Source of the DNA: Luteitalea sp.
GTDB lineage: Bacteria; Acidobacteriota; Vicinamibacteria; Vicinamibacterales; CAVVIG01
Direction of reading: 5' to 3'
DNA length: 64,000 nt
NCBI GenBank assembly: GCA_009380045.1
Contig: WHSN01000001.1
Location: 27,753-91,752, forward strand
Shown here: positions 18,152 to 27,213 of the stretch, in pieces
How the letters are laid out: every line of letters starts with the position of its first letter
How positions within the stretch are numbered: the stretch's first letter is position 1
Notes under the pieces: model-generated
Database searches by the model: none
Seen by the model: the letters and a program-made list of their open reading frames with translations, nothing else
What the model was told of the DNA's origin: nothing
Made by a program: the position numbers and the translations under genes

Positions 18152-19255
18152 TCAGGGCGCTGGCGCGATTGGGACGCCATCGGCCAGCCGCTGCGCCCCG
18201 GCCACGACAATGCGATCGCCTGCCGCCAGGCCATCCAGCACCGTATAGCTGTCGCCGACGATCGGGCCGACCTTGATGGCGCGCTGCTTCGCGACCAGAC
18301 CGGGCGAGCCATCGGCGCCGGCGCTCTCCGCGGCGACGAAGGCAAAATGCTGCCCGTTGATGCGCACGACGGCGGTCACCGGCACCACCAGCCCCTCTCC
18401 CTTCTTCCAGACGATGCGCGCCCGGACGTACTGCGAAGCGCGCAGGGCGCCGGTGGGGTTCGGCACCAGGCCCTTCACCAGTACCGACTGCGTCTGCTCG
18501 TCGGCGCTCGGGGAGATGAAGCTGACGGCAGTCGTCGCGATCGTCTCCGATCCATCGCTGTTCAAGATCCGGATCGGCAACCCGATCTCGAGAGCGGCGG
18601 CGCGCTCGATCGGCACCTGCACGTAGACCTCGAGCGACGCGTTCTGATCGATCGTGGTGAGCACCGTCTGCGGCGACACCTGGTTACCGACCCGCACCGG
18701 CACGTCGCCGACCACCCCTGCGGTGGGCGACGTGATGGTGAAGTACTGCAACTGCACCTGTTGCTGCTGAACCTGGGCACTCAGGGACTGCAGGCGTCCC
18801 TCGGCGGCGCTCAGGCCGGTTTCGGCCGCCTCGAGCTCCTGGCGGCTGACCGCGCCGGCCCGGAACAGCTCCTCGGCGCGCTGGTGCTGCTGCTTCGCGA
18901 ATTCGACGTCGGCCTCGCGCGCCGACCGGTCGGCTTCCTGGCTGGTCACGGCCGCCTGCTGACGCTCGGGGTCGATCTGCATCAGACGCGCCCCGCGGGC
19001 GACGCGGTCGCCAGATTTCACGAAGATTTGGGTGATCTGGCCGTCAATCTGCGGTTGAACCGCCGTGGATCGCATCGACTTCACGGTCGCGACATACTCG
19101 CTGGCGTCTTCGATCGCCGTCGTGTGTGCGGTTTCGAGCTGAACGGCCGCCGGAGGAAACGCGGCCGGCCCGGCCGGACCGGCCGGGGCACGGTTGCAGG
19201 CGGGACCAAGGAACGCGACGCCGAGCGCGGCTAGCGCCGCGTGTCTGAGATTCAT
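18152..19255 (-). CDS. RND efflux periplasmic adaptor (MFP) lipoprotein
   Basis: ORF 18152..19255 has a lipobox (FLGPAC), a coiled-coil hairpin and barrel-sandwich/beta-barrel motifs typical of AcrA/HlyD-family adaptors. Confidence 0.9.
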   Translation of the reverse strand: MNLRHAALAALGVAFLGPACNRAPAGPAGPAAFPPAAVQLETAHTTAIEDASEYVATVKSMRSTAVQPQIDGQITQIFVKSGDRVARGARLMQIDPERQQAAVTSQEADRSAREADVEFAKQQHQRAEELFRAGAVSRQELEAAETGLSAAEGRLQSLSAQVQQQQVQLQYFTITSPTAGVVGDVPVRVGNQVSPQTVLTTIDQNASLEVYVQVPIERAAALEIGLPIRILNSDGSETIATTAVSFISPSADEQTQSVLVKGLVPNPTGALRASQYVRARIVWKKGEGLVVPVTAVVRINGQHFAFVAAESAGADGSPGLVAKQRAIKVGPIVGDSYTVLDGLAAGDRIVVAGAQRLADGVPIAPAP

Positions 19256-19320
19256 ACGGATGTTCTTAGTGTAATCGATGCAGTTCAGGAGACCGGTCGA
19301 ACGCCCTTACAATTCGATCC

Positions 19321-20322
19321 GTGCCGAGGAACGCCGAAGTCATTCGTCAGTGGACGATCCTGCGTGAGATCGAGCGGGAGCGCGGCGCCGGGGTGACGAT
19401 TGACGAACTGGCGGCGCGGTGTGAGGTCACGACGCGGACGATCCGCCGCGATCTGCAGGCGCTCGAAGAAGCCGGCTTTCCCGTCTACGACGATCGTTCG
19501 CGCGACGACGGCAAGACGCGGTGGACGATGAACGGGCAGGCGTTCAAGGGCCTGGCCGCAGGATTGACGCTGTCCGAGCTGTGCGCGCTGCATTTCAGCC
19601 GCACGCTGCTCGAATCGCTCGCCGGCACGCCGTTTCGCGACGAGCTCGAGAGCGCGTTCGAGAAGCTCGGCTCGGCGCTCACACCGCACATGCGGCATTT
19701 CCTGGATCAATTGCCCCGGGTGATCGCGTCGAAGCCAGATCCGATGCGGCGCCGGCCCGGAGCGGATCCACCCCGGCAGCAGCAGACGGTGGCGCGTGCG
19801 CTCGAGGCCACGCTCCATCACCGGCAGGCCACCCTCACCTACTTCTCGAAGTCGAGCGACCGCACCAAGAGCTACCTGACGCATCCCTACCGCCTCGCGT
19901 ACGCACAGGGTGGGCTGTATCTCCTGGCGTTCGTGCCGGAGTACGGGGAGGTACGGACCTTCGCGGTCGAACGGATCGAGGACATCTCCCTGCTCGAGGA
20001 GCGCTTCACACCGATCGAGGAGCTGCCGGACACGGCATTTCCCCACTCGCTCGGCGTCCACTCCGGCCCCCCCGAGCCGATCGAGATCGAGTTCCAGGCC
20101 GCGGTCGCCGACTATGTGAAGGCGAGGGAATGGCACCAGACGCAGGTGGTGCGGGAGCGGCCGGATGGCAGCGTGGTGATGACGCTCGACGTGTGTCTGG
20201 ATCGGGCGCTGCGCAGCTGGATCCTCAGCTTCGGTCCCTTCGCGCGCGTCGTCGCGCCGCCGTCGTTCGCACGCGAAATCGCGGCGCAGTTCGAGGAAGC
20301 CCGGGCCCGCTACGCTCCTTGA
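19321..20322 (+). CDS. WYL-domain transcriptional regulator (YafY-like HTH-WYL-WCX)
   Basis: ORF 19321..20322 has an N-terminal DeoR-like HTH (VTIDELAARCEVTTRTIRRDLQALEEAGFPV) and a WYL region (THPYRLAYAQGGLYLLAFVPEYGEVRTFAVERI). It is divergent from the RND operon, with a 65-bp spacer. Confidence 0.8.
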   Translation: MPRNAEVIRQWTILREIERERGAGVTIDELAARCEVTTRTIRRDLQALEEAGFPVYDDRSRDDGKTRWTMNGQAFKGLAAGLTLSELCALHFSRTLLESLAGTPFRDELESAFEKLGSALTPHMRHFLDQLPRVIASKPDPMRRRPGADPPRQQQTVARALEATLHHRQATLTYFSKSSDRTKSYLTHPYRLAYAQGGLYLLAFVPEYGEVRTFAVERIEDISLLEERFTPIEELPDTAFPHSLGVHSGPPEPIEIEFQAAVADYVKAREWHQTQVVRERPDGSVVMTLDVCLDRALRSWILSFGPFARVVAPPSFAREIAAQFEEARARYAP

Positions 20323-20399
20323 CGGGTCTGGACCTGGTTTGGCTCGCCCTGCGGAACAACGAACGCCGGGCGGACCTCATCAGGTCCACCACGCTCGGA

Positions 20400-20882
20400 T
20401 CAAGGGATCGTCGACCCGGCGTCGTAGATCGCCTTCCACGTGCCGTCGGCCTGCTTCTTCCACACCGTGACATACTGCCCATGACGTTCGGTCGTCTTGC
20501 CGTCGGCGCCCTTGGAGCGGAACACCGACCGCCCGATCGTGTATCCCAGGTCGCCTGCGCCGATGATCTCACCCTTGGTGGGCGCCCACGTCAGGGTCGG
20601 TCCGTCGGGAGAGAAGAAAGCGGCCCACTCCTGCATGATCGCGTCGCGCCCGTGAAGCTCGTTCGGGGTGCCGCCGCCGAAGGTCGCGGTCTCGGCAATC
20701 AGCGACAGGAACCTCTCACGGTTTCTGTCCGCAACCGACTGGGCAAAATCGGCGTCGGCTTTCACGATCTGCGCGACCGGACCCTGCAAATCCAGCCCCT
20801 GCGAACGGCTGGTCGACGCGAACAGCACGACGAACAGCACTCCGGTCATGAACGATTTCCACATGGACATCGCTTTCCTCAT
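20400..20882 (-). CDS. Secreted NTF2-superfamily (DUF4440/SnoaL-like) protein
   Basis: ORF 20400..20882 has a signal peptide and ends in an ...HGQYVTVWKKQADGTWKAIYD motif typical of DUF4440. Confidence 0.65.
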   Translation of the reverse strand: MRKAMSMWKSFMTGVLFVVLFASTSRSQGLDLQGPVAQIVKADADFAQSVADRNRERFLSLIAETATFGGGTPNELHGRDAIMQEWAAFFSPDGPTLTWAPTKGEIIGAGDLGYTIGRSVFRSKGADGKTTERHGQYVTVWKKQADGTWKAIYDAGSTIP

Positions 20883-20920
20883 GCCTTCTTGGTCAGTAGA
20901 CGATAATTCGTTACGAGGGA

Positions 20921-22846
20921 GTGACAGTGAAAATCAAGGGGCTCGGTGGCGCGGAGCGCAGCCGTGGGGCACGGCCCGCGCCAGGGGCGCAGGGGTCGGG
21001 GCAACCGGGCGACGCGCCAACGAAGATCACCGCCGGGGCGCTCGAGGAAGCGCGAGCGCTGGTCTGGGTTCATCGCAAGCGTCTCGCCGTCGGCCTGACG
21101 CTGATGGTGGTGAGCCGCCTCGCCGGCCTGGTCCTGCCGACATCAACCAAGTACCTGATGGACGACGTCATCGGCCAGCAGCACTGGGAGCTGCTGCCAA
21201 AGCTCGCAATGGCCGTCGGTGCGGCGACGATCGTGGAGTCGGTCACGTCGTTCTCCCTGTCGCAGGTGCTCGGGGTGGCGGCGCAGCGGGCGATTACCGA
21301 AATGAGAAAAGACGTGGAAGCCCACGTGATGCGGCTGCCGATCCGCTACTTCGACTCCACGAAGACCGGCGTGCTGATCTCCCGCATCATGACCGATGCC
21401 GAAGGAATCCGGAACCTGGTTGGCACCGGGTTGGTGCAGCTGGTCGGCTCGCTCCTGACGGCGGTCCTGGCGTTGGCCGTCCTCCTCTACCTGAACTGGA
21501 AGCTCACCGGGATCACCATCGTGGTGCTCGGGACGTTTGCCATCGGCATGACCACGGCGTTCAAGCGCCTGCGGCCGCTGTTTCGCGAGCGCGGCCAGAT
21601 CAACGCCGAAGTGACCGGGCGGCTGTCCGAGTCGCTGAGCGGCGTGCGGATAGTCAAGGCCTACACGGCGGAGAAGCGCGAAGAGCTGGTCTTCGCCAGG
21701 GGAGCGCACCGGATTTTCCGGAACGTCGCCAAGTCCCTCACTGGGGTGTCGAGCGTCTCGGCGTTTTCGACGCTGGTCCTCGGCGCGATCGGCATCGCCA
21801 TGATGCTCGTCGGTGGCTCGTCGATCCGCGCCGGGGAGATGACCATCGGCGACTTCGTGATGTACCTCACCTTCACCGCGCTGATCACGCTGCCGGTGAT
21901 TCAGCTCGCCAACATCGGCACGCAGATGACCGAAGCCTTCGCCGGGCTGGACCGCATCCGCGAGATCCGCCGGATGCCGACCGAAGACGACGAGGATGCG
22001 AATCTCGCCGAGATGGCAGACGTGGACGGCGCGGTCGAGTTCGAGGACGTCAGCTTCGAGTACAACGAAAATGCGCCGGTCCTCAAACACGTGACCTTCC
22101 GTGCGCCCGCCGGCTCCACGACGGCGCTGGTCGGTTCGAGCGGCTCTGGCAAGAGCACGCTCATCAGTCTGGTGATGGCATTCAACCGACCGCTGTCCGG
22201 GCGGGTGATGGTCGACGGACGCGATCTCACCACCGTGCGCCTGCGCGACTTCCGTAAGCATCTCGGCGTCGTCCTGCAGGACAACTTCCTGTTCGACGGC
22301 TCGATTGCCGAGAACATCGCCTTCGCCAGACCTCATGCCAGCCGCGACGAGATCGTGGCGGTGAGCCGCATCGCCCACTGCGACGAGTTCATCCAGGAGT
22401 TCGAGAAGGGCTACGACACGATCGTCGGCGAGCGCGGCGTCCGGTTGTCCGGCGGGCAGCGGCAACGGGTGGCGATTGCACGCGCCATCCTCGCGGATCC
22501 GCGCATTCTGATCCTCGACGAAGCGACCTCCAGTCTCGACAGTGAGAGCGAAGCGCTGATCCAGGACGGGTTGCGTTCGCTCAGGCAGGGACGAACGACG
22601 TTCGTGATCGCGCACCGCCTGTCGACGATTCGCAGCGCCGACCAGATTCTGGTGCTGGAGCATGGCGAGATCGTCGAGCGCGGCACCCACGAAGCGCTTC
22701 TCGCGGCCGGCGGCCGCTACCGGCAGCTGCACGACAAGCAGTACCGATTCGAGAAGGACCGATTCATCAATCCGGGTGAAGACTTCACGCCGGAGCCCGA
22801 GCCCGCGGTCCCGGGCGGGCCGCCGCGCGGGTCGAACGCGATATAG
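20921..22846 (+). CDS. ABC exporter, fused permease/ATPase (MsbA/MdlB-like)
   Basis: ORF 20921..22846 starts at GTG after GAGGGA. It has six TM helices followed by Walker A (GSSGSGKST), the ABC signature (LSGGQRQR) and Walker B (ILILDEATS). Confidence 0.9.
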   Translation: MTVKIKGLGGAERSRGARPAPGAQGSGQPGDAPTKITAGALEEARALVWVHRKRLAVGLTLMVVSRLAGLVLPTSTKYLMDDVIGQQHWELLPKLAMAVGAATIVESVTSFSLSQVLGVAAQRAITEMRKDVEAHVMRLPIRYFDSTKTGVLISRIMTDAEGIRNLVGTGLVQLVGSLLTAVLALAVLLYLNWKLTGITIVVLGTFAIGMTTAFKRLRPLFRERGQINAEVTGRLSESLSGVRIVKAYTAEKREELVFARGAHRIFRNVAKSLTGVSSVSAFSTLVLGAIGIAMMLVGGSSIRAGEMTIGDFVMYLTFTALITLPVIQLANIGTQMTEAFAGLDRIREIRRMPTEDDEDANLAEMADVDGAVEFEDVSFEYNENAPVLKHVTFRAPAGSTTALVGSSGSGKSTLISLVMAFNRPLSGRVMVDGRDLTTVRLRDFRKHLGVVLQDNFLFDGSIAENIAFARPHASRDEIVAVSRIAHCDEFIQEFEKGYDTIVGERGVRLSGGQRQRVAIARAILADPRILILDEATSSLDSESEALIQDGLRSLRQGRTTFVIAHRLSTIRSADQILVLEHGEIVERGTHEALLAAGGRYRQLHDKQYRFEKDRFINPGEDFTPEPEPAVPGGPPRGSNAI

Positions 22847-22914
22847 TGACCCGGCTGAAATAGTCTCGAACCGCGAGACGTCGGTTAGCTGGCCGCGAAC
22901 GTCAACCTACGCTC

Positions 22915-24315
22915 ATGCCGGAGGTCCTTTTCGTGTCGAAGCGCCACACCGTGCTCCTGCTCCTGGCTCTCGTGATCGAGAGCAGTCCCGGCCGATACGC
23001 GCGGGCGGCGTCGACGCCCGCGTGGCTCGAGCCGTACCGTGGGCCCGCGGCACGCCTGGTTCAAGAAGCGATGGGCGATGCCTTCGCCTGGCAAAGGCTC
23101 GCCACCCTCACCGATTCGGTCGGCCACCGGCTCAGTGGCTCGCCGGAGCTCGAGCGCGCCATCGAGTGGGCAGTCGCCGAGATGAAGCGCGACGGCCTCG
23201 AGAACGTCCACACCGAGCCGGTGATGGTGCCGAAGTGGGTTCGTGGCCGCGAGAGCGCGATGATCGTTCAGCCCGTGGGCCATAGGATCGCGATGCTCGG
23301 CCTGGGCGACAGTGTTGGGACGCCTCCGAACGGCATCCAGGCGGAGATCCTGGTCGTCCGCAGCTTCGACGAGCTGGAGGCGAACGCGTCGAAGGCGCAA
23401 GGGCGGATCGTCGTCTACAACACGCCGTTCACCGAATACGGCCTCACCCGCGTCTATCGATCGAGCGGCGCGTCGCGGGCGGCGCGACACGGCGCTGTGG
23501 CGGCGCTCGTTCGCGCGGTCGGCCCGGCCGGGTTGCGGCTGCCCCATACCGGCGGGCTGAACTACACGGAGAACGCGCCGCAGATTCCAGCGGCGGCGAT
23601 CGCCAGCGAAGATGCGGATCGCCTCCAGCGGATGCACGACCGGGGCGACAGGGTCGTCGTGCGTCTGCAGATGGACGCGCACTTCGCTGGTGACGTGCTC
23701 TCGGCGAACGTGGTCGGCGAGCTCCGCGGCCGCGAAAAACCGGAGGAAGTGGTCGTCATCGGCGGACATCTCGACAGTTGGGACGTCGGCGCCGGCGCGA
23801 GCGACGATGGCGGTGGGTGTGTCGCCACGTGGGAAGCCGTCCGGCTGATGAAGAAGCTCGGCCTTCGACCCAGACGGACGGTCCGGGTCGTGCTGTGGAC
23901 GAATGAAGAAAACGGCGGCCGTGGCGGCCGGGCCTATCGCGACGCGCACATCGACGAGCTACCCAACCACGTGATGATGCTCGAAGCCGACTCGGGCCTG
24001 TTCCAGCCGGTCTCCTTCGGCATCACCGCGAACGCGCGCGCACAGGCGACCGTTACGGAAATCGCCGGGCTGCTCAGCGGCATCGCAGCGGACACAGTGG
24101 CGCAGGGTGGCGGAGGAGCAGACATCGAGCCAAGTGTCCGGGCAGGCCGGATACCCAGCCTGTCGTACGATGGCACTGGCGATTACTTCCTGATCCATCA
24201 TACGGAAGCGGATACGATCGACAAGATCGCTCCGGCGGACGTCTCCCGCGCCGCCGCGGCCATCGCGGTCATGACCTACGTCGTCGCCGACATGCCGGTG
24301 AGGCTGGGCCGGTGA
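22915..24315 (+). CDS. M28-family secreted aminopeptidase
   Basis: ORF 22915..24315 has a signal peptide, a PA-like insert and an M28 core (VVIGGHLDSWDVGAGASDDGGG...WTNEENGGRG). Confidence 0.8.
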   Translation: MPEVLFVSKRHTVLLLLALVIESSPGRYARAASTPAWLEPYRGPAARLVQEAMGDAFAWQRLATLTDSVGHRLSGSPELERAIEWAVAEMKRDGLENVHTEPVMVPKWVRGRESAMIVQPVGHRIAMLGLGDSVGTPPNGIQAEILVVRSFDELEANASKAQGRIVVYNTPFTEYGLTRVYRSSGASRAARHGAVAALVRAVGPAGLRLPHTGGLNYTENAPQIPAAAIASEDADRLQRMHDRGDRVVVRLQMDAHFAGDVLSANVVGELRGREKPEEVVVIGGHLDSWDVGAGASDDGGGCVATWEAVRLMKKLGLRPRRTVRVVLWTNEENGGRGGRAYRDAHIDELPNHVMMLEADSGLFQPVSFGITANARAQATVTEIAGLLSGIAADTVAQGGGGADIEPSVRAGRIPSLSYDGTGDYFLIHHTEADTIDKIAPADVSRAAAAIAVMTYVVADMPVRLGR

Positions 24316-24318
24316 GGT

Positions 24319-24400
24319 GGGAGTTGGGAAACTAGGAATTAGGAATTAGGAATTGGGAATTGGGAATTGGGAATTGGGAGTAGGAATTGGGATCGGGAGT
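24319..24400. repeat. Heptamer tandem array RGGAATT (~12 units)
   Basis: Read directly: AGGAATT x3 (24334-24354) and GGGAATT x3 (24355-24375), flanked by degenerate units (GGGAGTT, GGGAAACT; GGGAGT, AGGAATT, GGGATC, GGGAGT). It starts 3 nt after the M28 stop and ends 44 nt before the dsbA-like ATG. Confidence 0.9.
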
Positions 24401-24444
24401 GTGCGACTGACGACCGCTGCCGGCAGGTGACGAAGGGCATTCCT

Positions 24445-25473
24445 ATGAAAAAAAAATGGGTGGCTGTGGCGCTTTGGGGCCTGGCGGCCTGCTCGACGGC
24501 GGCGCAGCCGGCGAAGCAGCCGGCGCCGGACGACACCGTGGCGACGGTCGGCACCACGGCAATCACTCTGAGCCAGGTTGACGAACGGGCTCTCCGGCGG
24601 CCGGTCGGCGCTTTCGGAAACGCTCGCCTGGGCCAGGCGCTCTACCTGGCACGCCTGGCGGCGCTCGACGATCTGGTCGGCAACGAGCTGATGGACCAGG
24701 AAGCGACGAAACGCGGCGTCGAGCGCGCTCAGTTGGTCGAGACCGAAATCGCCAGTCTGGTCACGACGCCGACCGACGCTGACATCAACACCTGGTATCA
24801 GGCCAATCCGGCGCGGGTACAAGGCGCGACGCTGGATCAGGTCCGCGTCCCGATTCGCAACATGCTGATCGAAGAGCGGATGGATGTGGCGCGCGAGAAG
24901 TTCCTGGTCACGCTCAAGGCAAGGACCCCGGTCTCGATCTCGCTCGAACCCCCGCGGCAGAAGGTCGCCGATGCCGGTCATGCGTCGAAGGGGCCCGACA
25001 CCGCCCCGATCGTGATGGTGGAGTTTTCCGACTACCAGTGTCCGTTCTGTCAGCGCGCGAATCCCACGGTCGAGCAGGTGTTGAAGACGTACGGCGACAA
25101 GATCCGGTTCGTGTATCGGCACTATCCGCTGGCGAACCATCCGGACGCCCGGCCCGCGGCGGAAGCGGCGGCATGCGCCCAGGAGCAGGACAAGTTCTGG
25201 CCTTACCACGATCAGCTGTTCGCCAATGTGTCCCGGTTGTCAGCACAGGATCTGAAGGACCATGCGAGCGCCGCCGGCCTCGACAGCGTGCAGTTCGCCT
25301 CGTGTGTGGACAGCCGCCGGTTCAAGAGTCGCGTCGACGCGGACGTGGCCGAGGCCGAGGAAGCAGGCGTGACGGGAACACCCGCGTTCTTCATCAATGG
25401 TCGGCCGCTCGAAGGAGCCCAGCCGTTCGAGGCGTTCCAACGGATCATCGACGAGGAACTCGAGAGGAAGTAG
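24445..25473 (+). CDS. DsbA-like thioredoxin-domain lipoprotein
   Basis: In ORF 24367..25473 the start is ATG 24445 (MKKKWVAVALWGLAAC, a lipobox). It has a CPFC active site (EFSDYQCPFCQRANP) and a Thioredoxin_4-like C-terminus. Confidence 0.8.
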   Translation: MKKKWVAVALWGLAACSTAAQPAKQPAPDDTVATVGTTAITLSQVDERALRRPVGAFGNARLGQALYLARLAALDDLVGNELMDQEATKRGVERAQLVETEIASLVTTPTDADINTWYQANPARVQGATLDQVRVPIRNMLIEERMDVAREKFLVTLKARTPVSISLEPPRQKVADAGHASKGPDTAPIVMVEFSDYQCPFCQRANPTVEQVLKTYGDKIRFVYRHYPLANHPDARPAAEAAACAQEQDKFWPYHDQLFANVSRLSAQDLKDHASAAGLDSVQFASCVDSRRFKSRVDADVAEAEEAGVTGTPAFFINGRPLEGAQPFEAFQRIIDEELERK

Positions 25474-25519
25474 CCCTCCAGCATCATCGCGTCGCGAGAC
25501 GAGGTCTGCGCTTCGCCCG

Positions 25520-26281
25520 TTACCGCCTGGATCTGCCCGAGGTGCCGACGGCACCCAGGCTCCGATTGAGATCCTGTGCCGCCTTCAAATGCCCCTCCAG
25601 CGTCGGGAGCAGCGCTACGGCCCAGGCCTTCAGCTCGGCATCCTTGCCGCCCTGTGATTCGTCGCGGAAGTTGGCGATGCCCTTCTCGTGGCCGGCAACA
25701 AGCTCCTGCATGTAGGCGCGGTCGAACGCGTCACCGGCAAGTTTCGCAAGACGATCGCGCGCCGCCTCGTGCGTAGCGTCCAGATCGGCAGGGATCGTCA
25801 TGTTCTTCCGCTCGGCCAGAGATTTCAGCTCGGCGTTCGCCTTCCCGTGATCGGTCACCATGCGCTGCCCCAGCTGCTTCACGCGAGCGTTCGAGGCCTT
25901 CTGGACCGCGAGCTTGCCCAATTCGACTTCGGCCATCCCGGCCGCGGCAGCGTTGACGACGAAGGCGTGATCGGCGTTCGATTCGCCCGGCGTGCTAATC
26001 TCAGCCTTCGCATCTGGGCGGCGATCCTGTGGTTCGCCCGACTCACCAGGAGGTCCGATCGGTAGGTTCGGCTGGGATCCGGTGGTTGAGCCGTCTTCAA
26101 CTTTCGGACCTGGCCGTGAGCCATCCTGGTCGGTGGCGCCGCCAGTCGGCGGCCGTTGGGTTGCACCTGTCGGGCCAGATGTTCCGCCGCTCTGCCCTGG
26201 CGTGCCGCCTCCGGTTTGGGCCAGCAGCGGCGTTCCCGCGAGGGCGAACACTGCAAGTCCACGGATCAGCATCATCCTCAT
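25520..26281 (-). CDS. DUF4142-domain secreted protein with Gly/Pro-rich linker
   Basis: This is the C-terminal 253 codons of ORF 25520..27169. The start is ATG 26281 (MRMMLIRGLAVFALAG). DUF4142-like motifs are present (FVVNAAAAGMAEVELGKLA...MVTDHGKANAELK...FDRAYMQELVAGHEK). Confidence 0.7.
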   Translation of the reverse strand: MRMMLIRGLAVFALAGTPLLAQTGGGTPGQSGGTSGPTGATQRPPTGGATDQDGSRPGPKVEDGSTTGSQPNLPIGPPGESGEPQDRRPDAKAEISTPGESNADHAFVVNAAAAGMAEVELGKLAVQKASNARVKQLGQRMVTDHGKANAELKSLAERKNMTIPADLDATHEAARDRLAKLAGDAFDRAYMQELVAGHEKGIANFRDESQGGKDAELKAWAVALLPTLEGHLKAAQDLNRSLGAVGTSGRSRR

Positions 26282-26320
26282 GCGAGCCTCCTGACATCGG
26301 AGTAAGCCGCAAACACAGTG

Positions 26321-26362
26321 CCAGACGCCTGTCAGCCGTAGACAGACGTCCGTCAGCCGTAG
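26321..26362 (-). repeat. 21-nt tandem duplication containing the rhomboid gene's last codons plus stop
   Basis: Minus strand: CTACGGCTGACGGACGTCTGT / CTACGGCTGACAGGCGTCTGG (18/21 identical). Both TGA codons are in frame with the rhomboid CDS. Confidence 0.85.
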
Positions 26363-27213
26363 AGCGGAAGGCCCCTGATGAATGAGAGGACGATGGAGAT
26401 GAACGTGAGCAGGAGGCACGCGAGGGCTATGAGCGCGTGATCGCCCCGTTCTCGCGTGAGCGGCTTGAAGAAGGACGACATGGCGTACCCGCCGATGAAC
26501 CCGCCGGCGTGAGCGAAGTTGTCGATGCCGGGCATGAAGAGCCCGAACAGGAACAACATCAGCGCCCACTGCTTGGCCTGTCCATGGATGAGGCTGCTGC
26601 CGCTCATGCGGCCGTAGTGCACCAGCGCGCCAAGCAGGCCGAAGATCGAGGCCGATGCCCCGACCGTGAGACTGGCGCCGCGGAGAAAAGGGATTGCCGG
26701 AAGATACTCCCCCGCCACCGAGCTGAGGAGAAACCCGCAGGCCCCCGACACGACGTAGATGATGATCGTCCGGGCGGGTCCGATCACGTCTGCGGTCGCG
26801 GGGCCGATGTCGCGCACCCACATCATGTTGAACAGGATGTGCAGCAGGCTGCCGTGCAGCCAGCTTGCGCTCAGAAGCGTCCACCAGCTCCCGAGTGAGA
26901 ACACCGGGTAGGCGCCGCTGGCGCCGAAGCGCAGCAGCGCTGTTCCGCTCGGCGACAGGAAGTTGAAGCCGCCGCCGACGATTTGCATCTCGCTGCCTGA
27001 TGCGAGCAGCGTGAAGGCGTACAGCAGCGTGGACGCGCCGATCACCAGCGGGACGAACCCGAGGTCCGAACCGAGCTGCCTCAGGAGCGGGGCGAATCCC
27101 CAGAGACTGGGGTTGCTGCGGCCGCACATGTAGCACTTGTCGTCCTTGACGCCGACGAGCGAACCGCACGACGGACAGACGACGGAGCCGGAGGTGCGCC
27201 GCTGGAACGCCAT
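26353..27213 (-). CDS. Rhomboid-family intramembrane serine protease with N-terminal zinc ribbon
   Basis: ORF 26353..27213 has CPSCG...CYMCG, then WWTLLSASWLHGSLLHILFNM and the catalytic GASASIFG. Its start ATG (27211-27213) shares one base with the typA stop. Confidence 0.8.
   Translation of the reverse strand: MAFQRRTSGSVVCPSCGSLVGVKDDKCYMCGRSNPSLWGFAPLLRQLGSDLGFVPLVIGASTLLYAFTLLASGSEMQIVGGGFNFLSPSGTALLRFGASGAYPVFSLGSWWTLLSASWLHGSLLHILFNMMWVRDIGPATADVIGPARTIIIYVVSGACGFLLSSVAGEYLPAIPFLRGASLTVGASASIFGLLGALVHYGRMSGSSLIHGQAKQWALMLFLFGLFMPGIDNFAHAGGFIGGYAMSSFFKPLTRERGDHALIALACLLLTFISIVLSFIRGLPLYG

Noticed and set aside
24319-24400. CRISPR array.
   Set aside because: The units are 7 nt with no spacers, there are no cas genes in the window, and all other repeat tracts are likewise spacer-less microsatellite-type arrays.
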